Shown here piece after piece: positions 40,551 to 57,242 of a DNA stretch of 64,000 bases; position 1 is the first letter of the stretch; each line of letters starts with the position of its first letter. The stretch covers positions 59,644,001 through 59,708,000 of the forward strand of contig OZ024748.1 of the NCBI GenBank assembly GCA_964016885.1, read 5' to 3'. The translations under genes and the position numbers were made by a program. The notes under the pieces are model-generated. The model saw only the letters and a list, made by a program, of their open reading frames with translations. It was not told the origin of the DNA and did no database searches. Source of the DNA: Eledone cirrhosa. Its lineage: Eukaryota.

Positions 40551-41438
40551 ATCATCATCATCATCATTTTACGTCCGCTTTTCCCTGCTTGCAAGGGTGG
40601 GACGGGTCTTATTCAGCACAGCATCTCTCCACTCGTCACGGTCCCTCGTCATCTCCACCGTGAGCTTCAATGATCTGAGGTCTGTTCTCACCACCTCCAC
40701 CCATGTTTTTCGTGGTCTACCTCTACCACGTCTTCCTTCAATTGGCATTTCCTGGCACTTCTTCACCCATCGGTCATCCTCCATGCGCATCACATGTCCA
40801 TACCACCTCAGTCTCCTCTCCCGTACACTACATTCTATCCCTCTCAGACACAGTTTCTCTCTCAACACATTTATGCTGGGTCGTTCACGCACATTTACAT
40901 TGCACATCCAACGGAGCATGCTTGCCTCATTTCTCTCCAGCCGTCGCATATCCTCTGCGGTTGCTGCCCATGTCTCACTACCATGCAGCATCGCGCTCCT
41001 CACACAGGCATCATACAACCGGCCTTTCGTACGCAGGGAGAAACCCTTCTTCGTCAACAGAGAAAGCAGCTCCCTAAACTTCTTCCAACCCGTCCTTATT
41101 CTAGATACTATGGCCTCGGAACACCCTCCTCCCATGCTAATCTGATCTCCTAGGTACCGGAAGCTATCCACCACTTCTATAGCGCCCTCTCGCATTTGAA
41201 AAATGTGTCTCTCAGTGCGACTTCTACTGTCTAATTTCCCTGTACATCTACTGCATACATATTTCTCCCTACCTGTTAGTTTGCCTGCTATCCCGCTACA
41301 TCTCTTGTGTACCCAGGACCTGCATTGTGTGCATTTTATAGAATTTATGCCAGTTCCTTTTCTGCATATCGAACATGGCCATTTCCCTGACGGAATCAGG
41401 GTTTTGTCCTCTTTTCTACTCATCAACACTTTTGTCTT
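40551..41438 (-). mobile_element. Young 5'-truncated RTE-clade LINE (uninterrupted ORF 3' part, PHD-like insert, (ATG)n tail)
   Basis: KTKVL...IEVVDSFRYLG...[20 protein letters not shown]...[11 protein letters not shown]...[12 protein letters not shown], with no stops over about 290 aa. Confidence 0.93.
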
Positions 41439-41819
41439 ATATATATACATACATATATATATATGCATATATACATATATATATACATATATACATATAT
41501 ATATATGCATATCATCATCATCACCGTTTTACGTCCGTTCTTCCACGCTAGCATGGGTTAGACAGGTTGTCCTGTTGTGGGCAGTGTCTGGTCGGCTGAC
41601 CATGCCTTGCTCATACAGGAACTGATCTGGCTTGATTTCTACAGCTGGATGCCCTTCCTAACACCAACCTCATTTACAGTGAGTGCTGGGTGCTTTTTCG
41701 TGGCGCCTACACGTCCACTTTACAGTGTGGGCTGGGTGCTTTTTTGCCGTGGCACCTCCACGACCACCTTGCGGTGGGGGGAGTGGGGGCATATTGTTTA
41801 TATGCCTCAGCATGTACCC

Positions 41820-44652
<2,833 letters not shown>

Positions 44653-45194
44653 GTATTAAGGATACTATTTACGGTTATGTATACACTAAAACTTTTTATA
44701 GTTATATATATTTTAAACTCTAAACAGTGAAAGACAGTAATTTATTACTACCTTATTACCAGTAAGATAAATAGCTTAATGTAATAACATCAGTTGTTCT
44801 ACAGAGCAGTTATCATACATAAAGAATTCTTTACCACTACAACCCCCATAATACTCTTGATTACCCGCTTAAAGTGATTGTATTGCATATAACACCTTGC
44901 CGCACAATAATCTTATATAAATAAGACACACGTGCATGATCCACGTGTAACTATTGCATGCACTAACTACTGCAACTGACTAACAAACTATCCTCTTGCA
45001 TTATCTTCGTAAACTGCCGATGTTGTATTTTAACTTTAATTTTGTTTTAATATGATTTTAATTTTTGAATTTAAATTGCCATGCAAAAATATTATAATGG
45101 ATGTCACCCCAATGTACATCAATATATACATATGTTTCTGTATGTCTGTTGTATTGGAAAGGAGGTCATGTATGTAAACAATCATTGAAGAATT

Positions 45195-45239
45195 GCTCTG
45201 AAGACTCCAAACCTCGGTTTGGACGAAACAATTGTAAGC
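45195..45239 (+). ncRNA. Minimal type-I hammerhead ribozyme motif
   Basis: gct CTGAAGA ctccaaac-ctcg-gtttggac GAAA caattg TA agc, then AATAAA. Palindromic stem III ACAATTGT and a GUA triplet; position 10.1 is C (mismatch). Confidence 0.75.
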
Positions 45240-45265
45240 TAATAAATGGTTTGAACAGAACTTTG

Positions 45266-45310
<45 letters not shown>

Positions 45311-45849
45311 TATATACATATATATATATATGCATATATACTAGTGTATATTTTACAGGTTACGAACATTACCTGAAGGCACACATTTCTACATAGAGTA
45401 AAGCGATAATCTACTATTTTTTTACATGAATAAAATACAGTTACTTGTAACATAGCTAAATGGTGAAACTTATATTACAAGTAACTGACTTTTATTGATA
45501 CAATATATATATATATATACACAGAAACACTCATATTTACATTTCTGTATACCCATGTATATATAATCAGTTTAATAGAGAGAAACTTATATTTGGAGAG
45601 ATTGGTAAATATGTATGTATATACATATTTATTTTATAATTTATTTTTATTTCTTAATAAAGATCTGAAACTAATATTGAAAGTTCATTGTTTTTTACTT
45701 TTAAAGTTATAATATGAACACAAATTCTATCTCTTTTCAGAACCTTGGTGGATTTAGCCACATCTCTGTCAATTCACTAGTGGAACTATATTTCTGATTT
45801 TAGTTTTTTTAGTTATATCCAGTAAACTCTGTAATGTGGTAGTGAAGGT

Positions 45850-46280
45850 GTCATGACAGTACACTCTGTAAATAGGTAGTGTAGGGGCCATACCAGTACA
45901 CTCTGTAGAGTGGTAGTGTGGGTTTCTTGGTAAAATACAGGCAGTACATTCCATAAAGTACTACTGGTGCCATGATAAAATGCACCCAGTACACTCAGTA
46001 AAGTGGTAGTGCTGGTGCCATGATAAAATACACCCAGTACACTCTGTAAAGTGGTAGTGCTGGTGTCCTGATAAAATACATCCAGTACACTCTGAAGTGG
46101 TGGTGCTGGTGCCATGATAAAATACACTGTAAAGTGGTACTACTGGTGTCCTGATAGAATACAACCAGTACACTCTGTAAGGTGGTACTACTGGTGTCAT
46201 AATAAAATACACCCAGTACACTCTGTAAAGTAGTAGTGCTGGTGCTCTGATAAAATGCCCCTAGTACACTCTGCTAGTGT
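45850..46280. repeat. Degenerate ~50-bp tandem repeat related to the SINE-internal unit
   Basis: Units of cacccagtacactctgtaaagtggtagtgctggtgccatgataaaata. Confidence 0.8.
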
Positions 46281-46780
46281 AAAAACCATGCCAAAAGTAT
46301 GGAACGTCTGAACAAGAAGAAAGGATGAAAGGCAAATTTGACCTTAGGGAACAGAGATTCTGAAAGAATACCATAAAGTACCTCTATCAGACGTTCTAAC
46401 CACTCTGTCAATTCGCCGCTTTACAGAGTTACTAGACGGGTCTATAAATAACAAGAATTTACGAGATAACAATTTTCTTTGACGTGTAAATTTCCCCAAA
46501 AGTATATTTATGTTACTTAACAAAACACAGGATGGATCAAAGTTCTGCTCGATTCAGGTCAATTGGGTTAAACCAAAATAAGAAAGATAATTGCTGAATA
46601 AGATTGCATGAATTATCTCCCTTGAAAATAATTATATATTTTAATATTAGTAAACTAGATTTATAGCCGTGGAATATTTCAGACGCGGATTTTGATATTA
46701 CTGGCGTCCATTTTACTCTCTCTCTCCCATTCTCCATCTTTCTTTCTCAGTCTGTCTGTCACTCTCACGTGTGTGTGAAG

Positions 46781-48104
<1,324 letters not shown>

Positions 48105-48671
48105 TGGTGGCTGCCAACTCGCTTTCGAGTACGGCCACTACTTTATATCCATGTAGGAGAACCCCTACCGATGCGCTGAACGAGTCTGACTTTTTAGTCC
48201 AGCCAGCGACTTGAACACTCTGGTACAAACACTACACTTGTGACAATTATTGACACACAGTGCTGGGCCCATGGTACCATGTGACGACAAGTGCAGAGAG
48301 ATCTCCAGATATAAAGCAATGCCTGTGCCGTGAAGCTTTATAGTGAGAAAAGGCACTGCACAAAGCCAGTCCCACTCTTTTAACCAAGATGATATTTACC
48401 AAAAAGAACAAGTCAACATCATTGGATACCATCAGGGTTGCAGGTGTTATATCAGAGTTTTCCTTCTCCTAGAATTCTGCCTTGACAAAGGCTAAGGGGT
48501 CATTTCTCCCTGATTTTGGATGGCCATTCACTCTTAAGAGCTCCTTTACCCTTTGACAGGTTTTGATTTTAGTCCTGCAGGATGTCCAAAGTCACCCTCC
48601 TCACCAAGAAACCTTGGTGGGGTTGCCAGTTTAGTCGCCAACGACCCGACCATGAGACAGGTTGTACTGGG
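48105..48671 (-). mobile_element. Short non-autonomous RTE-like element with a possible HDV-like 5' end
   Basis: Longer copy of 16739-17150, flanked by (TA)n on both sides. Confidence 0.6.
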
Positions 48672-48687
48672 ATACATGTATACACAC

Positions 48688-48718
<31 letters not shown>

Positions 48719-48865
48719 CACACATACATACATATATATATACACACATACATACATATATATACACACATACATATATATACACACATACATACATATA
48801 CACACATACATACATACATATACACACATACATACATACATATACACACATACATATATACATAT

Positions 48866-48908
<43 letters not shown>

Positions 48909-48927
48909 TATACATATATATATATAC

Positions 48928-48981
<54 letters not shown>

Positions 48982-49172
48982 TAAGGTTTGTTGGTTCACC
49001 ACTGGATAGAACTGGTCATTCCGTATGGTCAATCCTGGTGTAATATTGTGGAGAGTACTCAACGCAGTGCAGTTCACCCACCTTCGTTTGTGTAGCTGGT
49101 GGTGCGAATACGGAGTTAATTATAAATGAAGTACAGGAGGCTGGACTGGTGTAAATCCTTGAAAGGTTTATT

Positions 49173-49230
49173 ATACTATGATCATTTCAATGACCGGGTT
49201 CCATATGAATCCGGTGATATCATCAGGTAT
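49173..49230 (-). ncRNA. Hammerhead motif, inverted copy
   Basis: Exact reverse complement of 49348-49405. Confidence 0.7.
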
Positions 49231-49347
49231 TGGAATATAACAAAGGAATATGAGGGCGGCTGGCTGTGAAGCTAGTTGGTCAGCCGCCTTCTCTGTCTCT
49301 GGTTTCTCGGACCCATGGCTTTTTACATATTCCTTTGTTATATTCCA

Positions 49348-49405
49348 ATACCTGATGATATCACCGGATTCATATGGAACCCGGTCATTGAAATGATCAT
49401 AGTAT
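49348..49405 (+). ncRNA. Minimal type-I hammerhead ribozyme motif
   Basis: atac CTGATGA tatcaccggattc-atatg-gaacccggtcatt GAAA tgatca TA gtat AATAAA. Palindromic stem III ATGATCAT. Confidence 0.72.
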
Positions 49406-49451
49406 AATAAACCTTTCAAGGATTTACACCAGTCCAACCTCCTGTTACTTC

Positions 49452-49557
<106 letters not shown>

Positions 49558-49849
49558 GTGTGTGTGTGCGTCTGTCAACATTCATCTCAGTCACTCAGCT
49601 TGTCAACAATACCTCACAGAACATAGGTTGTCAAGGCAACACATCTGTATAAATAAATCAGTGTACATTATATTTAGGTTAAAGCTATAACTTTTGCTGC
49701 CATTGATCTATCGATTTCCTAGGTTGGCAATTGAGAAGACAATGAAGCTGGTCCATTCCAAGCTGATGCTCAACAGTGGGCGCTGTTTGACGATCAGGAA
49801 TCCTCTTAAGGTAATGGTTAGGTAATTATGACGTTAAGTGGAGGATAAT

Positions 49850-51520
49850 GGTAGTGAAGTGCTTAATAATGGTATTGGTGGTGGTGTAGTGGTGGTGGTG
49901 GTGTAGTGCTGGTGGTGGTGTAGTGCTGGTGGTGGTGTAGTGCTGGTGGTGTAGTGGTGGTGGTAGTGTAGTGGTGGTGGTGTAGTGGTGGTGTAGTGGT
50001 GGTGGTTTAGTGGTGTAGTGAAGTGGTTAATAATGGTATTGGTGGTGGTGTAGTGGTGGTGGTGGTGTAGTGCTGGTGGTGGTGTAGTGCTGGTGGTGTA
50101 GTGGTGGTGGTAGTGTAGTGGTGGTGGTGTAGTGGTGGTGGTGGTGTAGTGCTGGTGGTGGTGTAGTGCTGGTGGTGGTGTAGTGCTGGTGGTGTAGTGG
50201 TGGTGGTAGTGTAGTGGTGGTGGTGTAGTGGTGGTGTAGTGGTGGTGGTTTAGTGGTGTAGTGAAGTGGTTAATAATGGTATTGGTGGTGGTGTAGTGGT
50301 GGTGGTGGTGTAGTGCTGGTGGTGGTGTAGTGCTGGTGGTGGTGTAGTGCTGGTGGTGTAGTGCTGGTGGTGGTGTAGTGGTGGTGGTTTAGTGGTGTAG
50401 TGGTAATGAAGTGGTTATTAATGGTATTGGTGGTGGTGTAGTGGTGGTGGTAGTGGTGGTGGTGGTGGTGTAGTGTTGGTGGTGGTTATGTAGTGGTGTA
50501 GTGGTGGTGGGAGTGTAGTGGTGGTAGTGGTGTTAGTGGTGTATTGTTGTGGTGGTGGTGTAGTCGTGGTGGTGGTGCTGGTGGTGGTGGTGTAGTGGTG
50601 GTGTGGTGGTGTGGTGGTAGTGAAGTGGTTAATAATGGTATTGGTGGTAGTGTAGTGGTGGAGGTGGTGGTGGTGTAGTGGCGGTGGTGTAGTGGTGGTG
50701 TAGTGGTGGTGTAGTGGTGGTGGTGATGGTGGTGGTGATGGTGGTGGTGTAGTGGTGGTGTAGTGGTGGTGGTGATGGTGGTGGTGTAGTGGTGGTGGTG
50801 GTGGTAGTGGTGGTGGGGGTGTAGTGGTGGTGTAGTGGTGGTGGTGTAGTGGTGGTAGTGGTGGTAGTGGTGGTGGGGGTGTAGTGGTGGTTGTGTAGTG
50901 GTGTAGTGGTGGTAGTGAAGTGGTTAATAATGGTATTGGTGGTAGTGTAGTGGTGGAGGTGGTGGTGGTGTAGTGGCGGTGGTGGTGGTGGTGTAGTGGT
51001 GGTGTAGTGGTGGTGTAGTGGTGGTGTAGTGGTGGTGGTGATGGTGGTGGTGTAGTGGTGGTGGTGGCGGTAGTGGTGGTAGTGGTGTAGTGGTGGTGGT
51101 GTAGTGGTGGGGGTGTAGTGGTGGTTGTGTAGTGGTCTAGTGGTGGTGTAGTGGTAGTGAAGTGGTTAATAATGGTATTGGTGGTAGTGTAGCGGTGGTG
51201 AAGTGGTGGTGGTGTAGTAGTGGTGGTGGTGGTGGTGTAGTGGTGGTGTAGTGGTGGTAGTAGTGGTGGTGGCGGTGGTGGTGTAGTGGCGGTGGTGGTG
51301 TAGTGGTAGTGGTGTAGTGGTAGTGGTGTAGTGGTGGTGTAGTGGTGGTGGTAGTGGTAGTGGTGTAGTGGTGGTGTAGTGGTGGTGTAGTGGTGGTGGT
51401 AGTGGTATTGTAGTGGTGATGTAGTGGTGGCGGTGTAGTGGTGGTGGTGGTGTAGTGGCAGTGCTGGTTGTGGTAGTGGTGGTGTAGTGGTGGTGGTAGT
51501 GGTGTAGTGGTGGTGTAGTG
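49850..51520. repeat. (GTG)n/GTAGTG G/T-rich satellite with block duplications
   Basis: The spacer gtgaagtggttaataatggtattggtgg recurs and marks duplicated blocks. Confidence 0.95.
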
Positions 51521-52329
51521 GTTCAAATGCCGCCTAGGTTAAGTTTGCCTTTTACCCTTACGGGGTCGATAAAATAAAATACCAGTAGCGCACTGGGGTC
51601 GATTTAATCGCCCACAAAACTGTTGGCCTTGTGCCTAAATCAGAAACTATTATTATTTCTTTTTTAACTTTCAACTCATACGATTTTGTCCAACCTCCTC
51701 AGGCTATAGATGAAACACTTGTCCAAGGTGACATGCAATGTCATCGTGCACGCGACTACCACCGAATTATCAAGATTAAATATTCTCTTGATTATTTATC
51801 AACTTGTCCTTTCATATATCTTACATTTCATATGACAAGAGATAATTTCTTTTAGTTTGAAGAATTTCTAAATCAATTAAGTTTCCATTAGGAAAAGATT
51901 GCGTTAGGTGAGAAATTTAACCTGATCATGTGTTAAATATTTGGTTAAATTTTCCAGTTGATATTGGGGAGAAAAAGAGAGAATAGTTTATCACTTTCTT
52001 GACATAGAAACAAATTGACTGCATACAATTATTTCTCTCTCTTATCCACCATCAATTCTAACGAATATTCCCCAGTGATTTTAACTAATTGGCGTCGCTG
52101 TTCAATAGAAAGTGTAAATGCAAAAGGAGATGGGTGCAATCTTGGTGTATAAAGATGCTATACTTTCAAGGGAGATAAAATGAGGCGTGTTACCTATATA
52201 CCTATCTTCTCAACAACATTAACGATGTCAGTAAAGTGAAATTGTGTTTCGACGTGTGATTAAAACGGCGTTGTTGTACTTTCCGTTTGTTCGGGTGTAA
52301 AGGTGCATCTCGCCCTATATGATGCCCAC

Positions 52330-52612
52330 CCCCCTCTGTGTATAATATCAAAAGTTTTATACGACCGCACTTCTCCGTGCATGATATCAACAGTTTTCTA
52401 TGATCCTTTCTTCCGTATATAATATCAAACATTTCCGATGAGCTATTCTTCCGTGTATAATATCAACAGTTTTCTATGACCCCACCCTCCGTGTATAATA
52501 TCAAGTTTTCTATGACCCCACTCCTCCGTGTAAATATCGAAAGTTTTATACGACTCAGTTCTTCGTGTAAATATCAACAGTTTTCTATGATCCCACTCCG
52601 TGTATAATATAG
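52330..52612. repeat. ~40-bp degenerate minisatellite
   Basis: Units of tccgtgtataatatcaacagttttctatga. Confidence 0.85.
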
Positions 52613-52694
52613 AATCCTTTCGTAGAAGTGGGTATCACCTCAATTCCACTATTGAAGAGAAACACTAAAAGCTCAGGTTAAAATCTACAAGGCG

Positions 52695-52755
<61 letters not shown>

Positions 52756-55071
52756 CAAGGTTTAGCAAATAGAGAAAAAGTTTTAAGATAAATTTCAAAA
52801 GGTTCACTGTACTTACTATATGTGCCTTTACCGCAGTTTCCGATCCCAAAATAAACAGATAATCCAAGTGGACTTCCATTGAGAAAGAGATCATCGTCAG
52901 AAGGCTTTTCTCACTCGGAGAATATAAAATTCTCGAGTTCAAATCACAAATATATATATATATATAGTTATAATTACCATCATCAGAACAAACAAAGCAG
53001 CTGGAAAGAAAGAGAATGATTCGGAAATCAGAAGATGGAAGTGCTAATTCGAAACTGGAAATGTTGTGTTCCATAATTTTACGTCGGAATCTTCTCATCT
53101 TCTCAGACAAGACAAACAGACAGAACAATATCTAAAACAGACGACAACGATGTCATTTATTTATAGCGAATTCTAAAACTATTTTGAAATTGTTTGGTAA
53201 GAAGTTCCAGATAATTCTACATTAGAACTCAATGAAATGGAAAGTAGAGATTTGGCGAGGATTTCTCGAACTGAAGAAAAGAAGGGGATTTATTAGAATC
53301 ACACAGAAGACAGGATTATAAATCTTATATGATTGCTTTAATTCTCAAATAATTACTGACGGTTGCTATTTTAGTTCCTTTACTTTGTAAAAGTTTTAAT
53401 AATTCTCTCTTAATGAGATGATAGCTTTGTGCGGATCATTAATTAGTGACGAACATAAGTATGAATGTGATTAAATTAGCATTGATAATTAGTAGTACAT
53501 AATCCGAGGAACTATTGTAAGCTTAATATTTAAATTTCCACAGTTCATCAACCGAAAAGAAACCAGGTTTTAGCCGCTTCGTTGAACTTGGCTCACAGAA
53601 CAAAGAATGACGAAAGTTGTATGAATAATTGATTTTATAAATTTATTTAATTTTCTCTAAACTGATTTTTAATTTTGAATCCTTCGAAGCGTGAGATCAC
53701 ATCTCTGATTCTATGGAAATGTGGTTAGAACGTTTAGTTTAAGGAAAGAATCGGTGGACAGATTTTATGGGTCAAACCCGCCGACAGGAGACCCAGAAGT
53801 AGATCACGAGCAAAATGTTTGGATAACATCCATGAGCTCTATTGGTCCCCACTTGAAGATTCAGCCGGATCAATTGGAGGCAGTTGTTTCAGACAGGGCC
53901 TGCTGGAAGGAGTGTTTGAGGACTCTGCCCCAACAACTCTTCCTGGAATAAGTGGTCGAGGAAGAAGGACTCTCCGTTGAGATCTAATTCTTTGCAATCT
54001 TCCATAATTTCATCTTTTATTGTTAGTTGCACATAGAATGAATGAATGGTTAAGAGATTCGCTTGGCAAGTATTAGTTCTTGGGTTCGACTCCACTGCAA
54101 GGTGGCTGGTATCTTGGCCTGGTATCCATAGACTATGGTATATTTTCTATAGTTTCGGGTCTGTGAGGGTTGTTGTAGATAGAGATGGGAAAAAACAATG
54201 TAGTAATTAATAAGAAGTGTTGAAATTAATACATAAAAGATTTCACAGCTCTAGCATCACTCCTCATAACCATCCTATGAAGTTTTCAGCCTTCCTCCGT
54301 ATATCTTTATCTACTCCCCCCCCCCCCCCCCCTCACCTTATCAACTGTAGAAACATTAGAAATGAAACGCTGGCAATAACGTGTAAAACTTTAACGAATT
54401 CAAAATTTATTTAAACAATAATTAATGTTTCCGTGGAAAGAAAGCTCAGAGATTTTTATTTTCTGAAGCAGGTGTTAACGTGAAAATTTATTTCATTCAT
54501 GAATTTTTGATTATTTAGACCGAAAAAATATAATTGGAACGCACTGGTCTGTTAAATTAAATTTAATTAAACTTAATCAAATCAAATTATTGGATTTTTT
54601 AAAGAAAAATAATTTAATTGAAGATGTAGATGGAGTTAATAAGTTCAATTTTGACTCTGAGAATTGTGAGAACGTGAAGAAAAGAGAGTCAGTTATTTAG
54701 ATTTTGTTAATGAAAATATAAAGTCGTTTTTGCCCTATAAGAGATAGATAGATAGATAGATAGAGAGAGGAGAGAAAGAAAAGAGAGAGCAGGAGAGACA
54801 GAGAGAGAAAGAAAAGAGAGAGGGAGAGAGAGCAAGAGAGACAGAGAGAGAGAAAGGGAGAAAGTGAGAGAGAGAGGGAGAAAGAGAACAAGGGAGAGAA
54901 AGAGAGAGCAATGGAGAAAGAAAGAGAACAAGAGCGAGAGAGAGAGAGCAAGAGAGAGAGAGAGAGCGAGAGCGAGAGAGAGACGGACATTTTGTAGACG
55001 GAAACTGTATGGAAGCCCGTCGGATTGACTGTACTCGACCAGATCTAGCTTTATAACAAAGTATTCAGTCA

Positions 55072-55375
55072 CTGAATCTCTCTGAGAATTACGTTAAGGG
55101 TACACGTGTTTGTGATATGCACATCTACATACACTATAATACAAAATGGACACTGTACCACTTGTAATTCAAAGGGCCAGCCTTGTCACACACTGTGTTA
55201 CAGCGAATCTCCCCGAGAATCACATTAAGGGTACACGTGCCTGTGATATGCACATCTACATACTCTATAATATAAAATGGATACTGTATCACTTGTAATT
55301 CAAAGGGCCAGCCTTGTCACACACTATGTTACAGCGAATCTCCCTGAGAATCACGTTAAGGGTTCACGTGTCTGT
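55072..55375. repeat. ~130-bp tandem duplication (~2.3 copies)
   Basis: gaatctc..gagaat.acgttaagggtacacgtg...gccagccttgtcacacact repeated. Confidence 0.85.
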
Positions 55376-55793
55376 GTAAAACTCAGAGAATTGCACGTTA
55401 TTGCCATGAACAGGCTGATCCGTTGATCGAACAACTTAAATGCTTATCGCCGATTACGACGGAGGCTCATTTCAAATCTAACGACTCTGCCAATTTGTAG
55501 CTTTAAAAAAGGTAATGTCTTCTTATTAGATATTTTTCTTGTTCTTTCAGAATCTCTCAGTACATTTTGGTTCAATTCTTTTCACTACATTTTGGTTCAA
55601 TTCTTTTCACTATATTTTATTTCTCATTTCATGATATGCCTTTCTTTAAGATATCTTCATCCAGAGAATTCACAGACGGGAATTCCGAGGTGAAGAATCC
55701 ACTTATTAATGTTGATTATTTCCAACAATTTTTTCTCCATCTTCATCTGCTTGCCATCTGCTACAGCTGCCATCCATTTCGTTCCTTCATTCA

Positions 55794-55842
<49 letters not shown>

Positions 55843-57242
55843 ATGTGTGTATGTGTGTATGCATGTATGTATGTATGTATGTATGTATGTATTGGTCCAT
55901 AGTTCTAACATTTCCACCTCTGATATTATCCAAAGTGATATAACAAGTTGGTATATCATTCGTGATAAAATACCTCTAGACAGATCGTGTCATAAGATCG
56001 TACACTGTTGTTATATGTGAAGAAATATGCTGTAAGATTACCTGACATATTCATATATGTTAGTCAGTCATATTAACTAACTATTAAGAAAACTAGTAAA
56101 ATAAAGCGTTAGTATATACAATGATTCCATCATAAGTAGATAGATATAGAGGGGGATTTGAACGCAGAGCTATAGAAAGGGAGGAAGGATAACGACTGAC
56201 TAGAACCCAGATCTCATTTGCTTACCGAGTTGATGGAAAGGAGCTCATAAAATCGGACCGAGGAAACAATGTTTCCATTCCTTCTTTCCAAATGGTGATA
56301 CTATCTACCGGTCGCAACTCGTGGCTTAAGGAGCAACCTGAAATAAAGTGTCTTGCTCAAGGACACAACGCATTGCCTGGTCAGGGAATCGAACTCGCAA
56401 CCTCGCGATTGTGAATCTAATTCTCTACTCAGAGCTATAAACTGCAAAATCTCTGAATAGTTTTATTTTTAATTGTATTTTCAAAGAGGGGAGTTGCCTT
56501 TCATCCTTTCGAGGTCGATAAAAATGTAACAGTCTAGTACTGAGATCGATTCTTCCTCTCTCACTCTCTTCCTCACTACCACTCTATCTCTCTCCTTCTC
56601 TCTAAGAGAGAGGATGGGCTCCGCCAAGTTTAAAATGTAAAGAAAACACGCTGAGTATAACTCAGGCGCACTTGACCGCCCCAACGACATCATCAGGAGT
56701 TATGAGTCCATACATACATACATACATACATACAAACAAAAGGGCTGTATCCCTAATCTTTTCCAGGACCACCATAATTGATGGGAGAGGGAGGGTGGCC
56801 AAAAGATGTCTTCAAAACAGAGACCTGGCTCAAAATCTGGCCTCAAAGACGAGTCTGTTCAAGGCACCCAAGGACCAGGTGCTGGTGTTAAACGGGGGGA
56901 CGGATTAAAGTCTCTACAAGAGTTGAACTCAGAATGCAAAGATCAGAGTTTGAAATAACCCCCTTAAATCCCTTAATTAAAAGATGTATGAAACACTAAT
57001 GAGCATTCTATGGCGTCTTCTTATGGATTGAACTTACAATTTTGGATTCCAGTTGCTGCTTTTTGTCTATCCTTTCTTCCTGCTACCACCACCAACACTA
57101 TCACTACACACACAAACACACACATATATATAAACACACACAGGTGTGTTAATTGAAATATTCCTCGCACACCTATGAATATTGAGATATTCCGGCTTAT
57201 GACGAGGTATTGTTTAATTTTGGCAGCGATTAGTTTAGAGAG

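Noticed and set aside
51137-51526. His/Thr/Pro-rich ORF
   Set aside because: It is the translation of the (GTG)n satellite.
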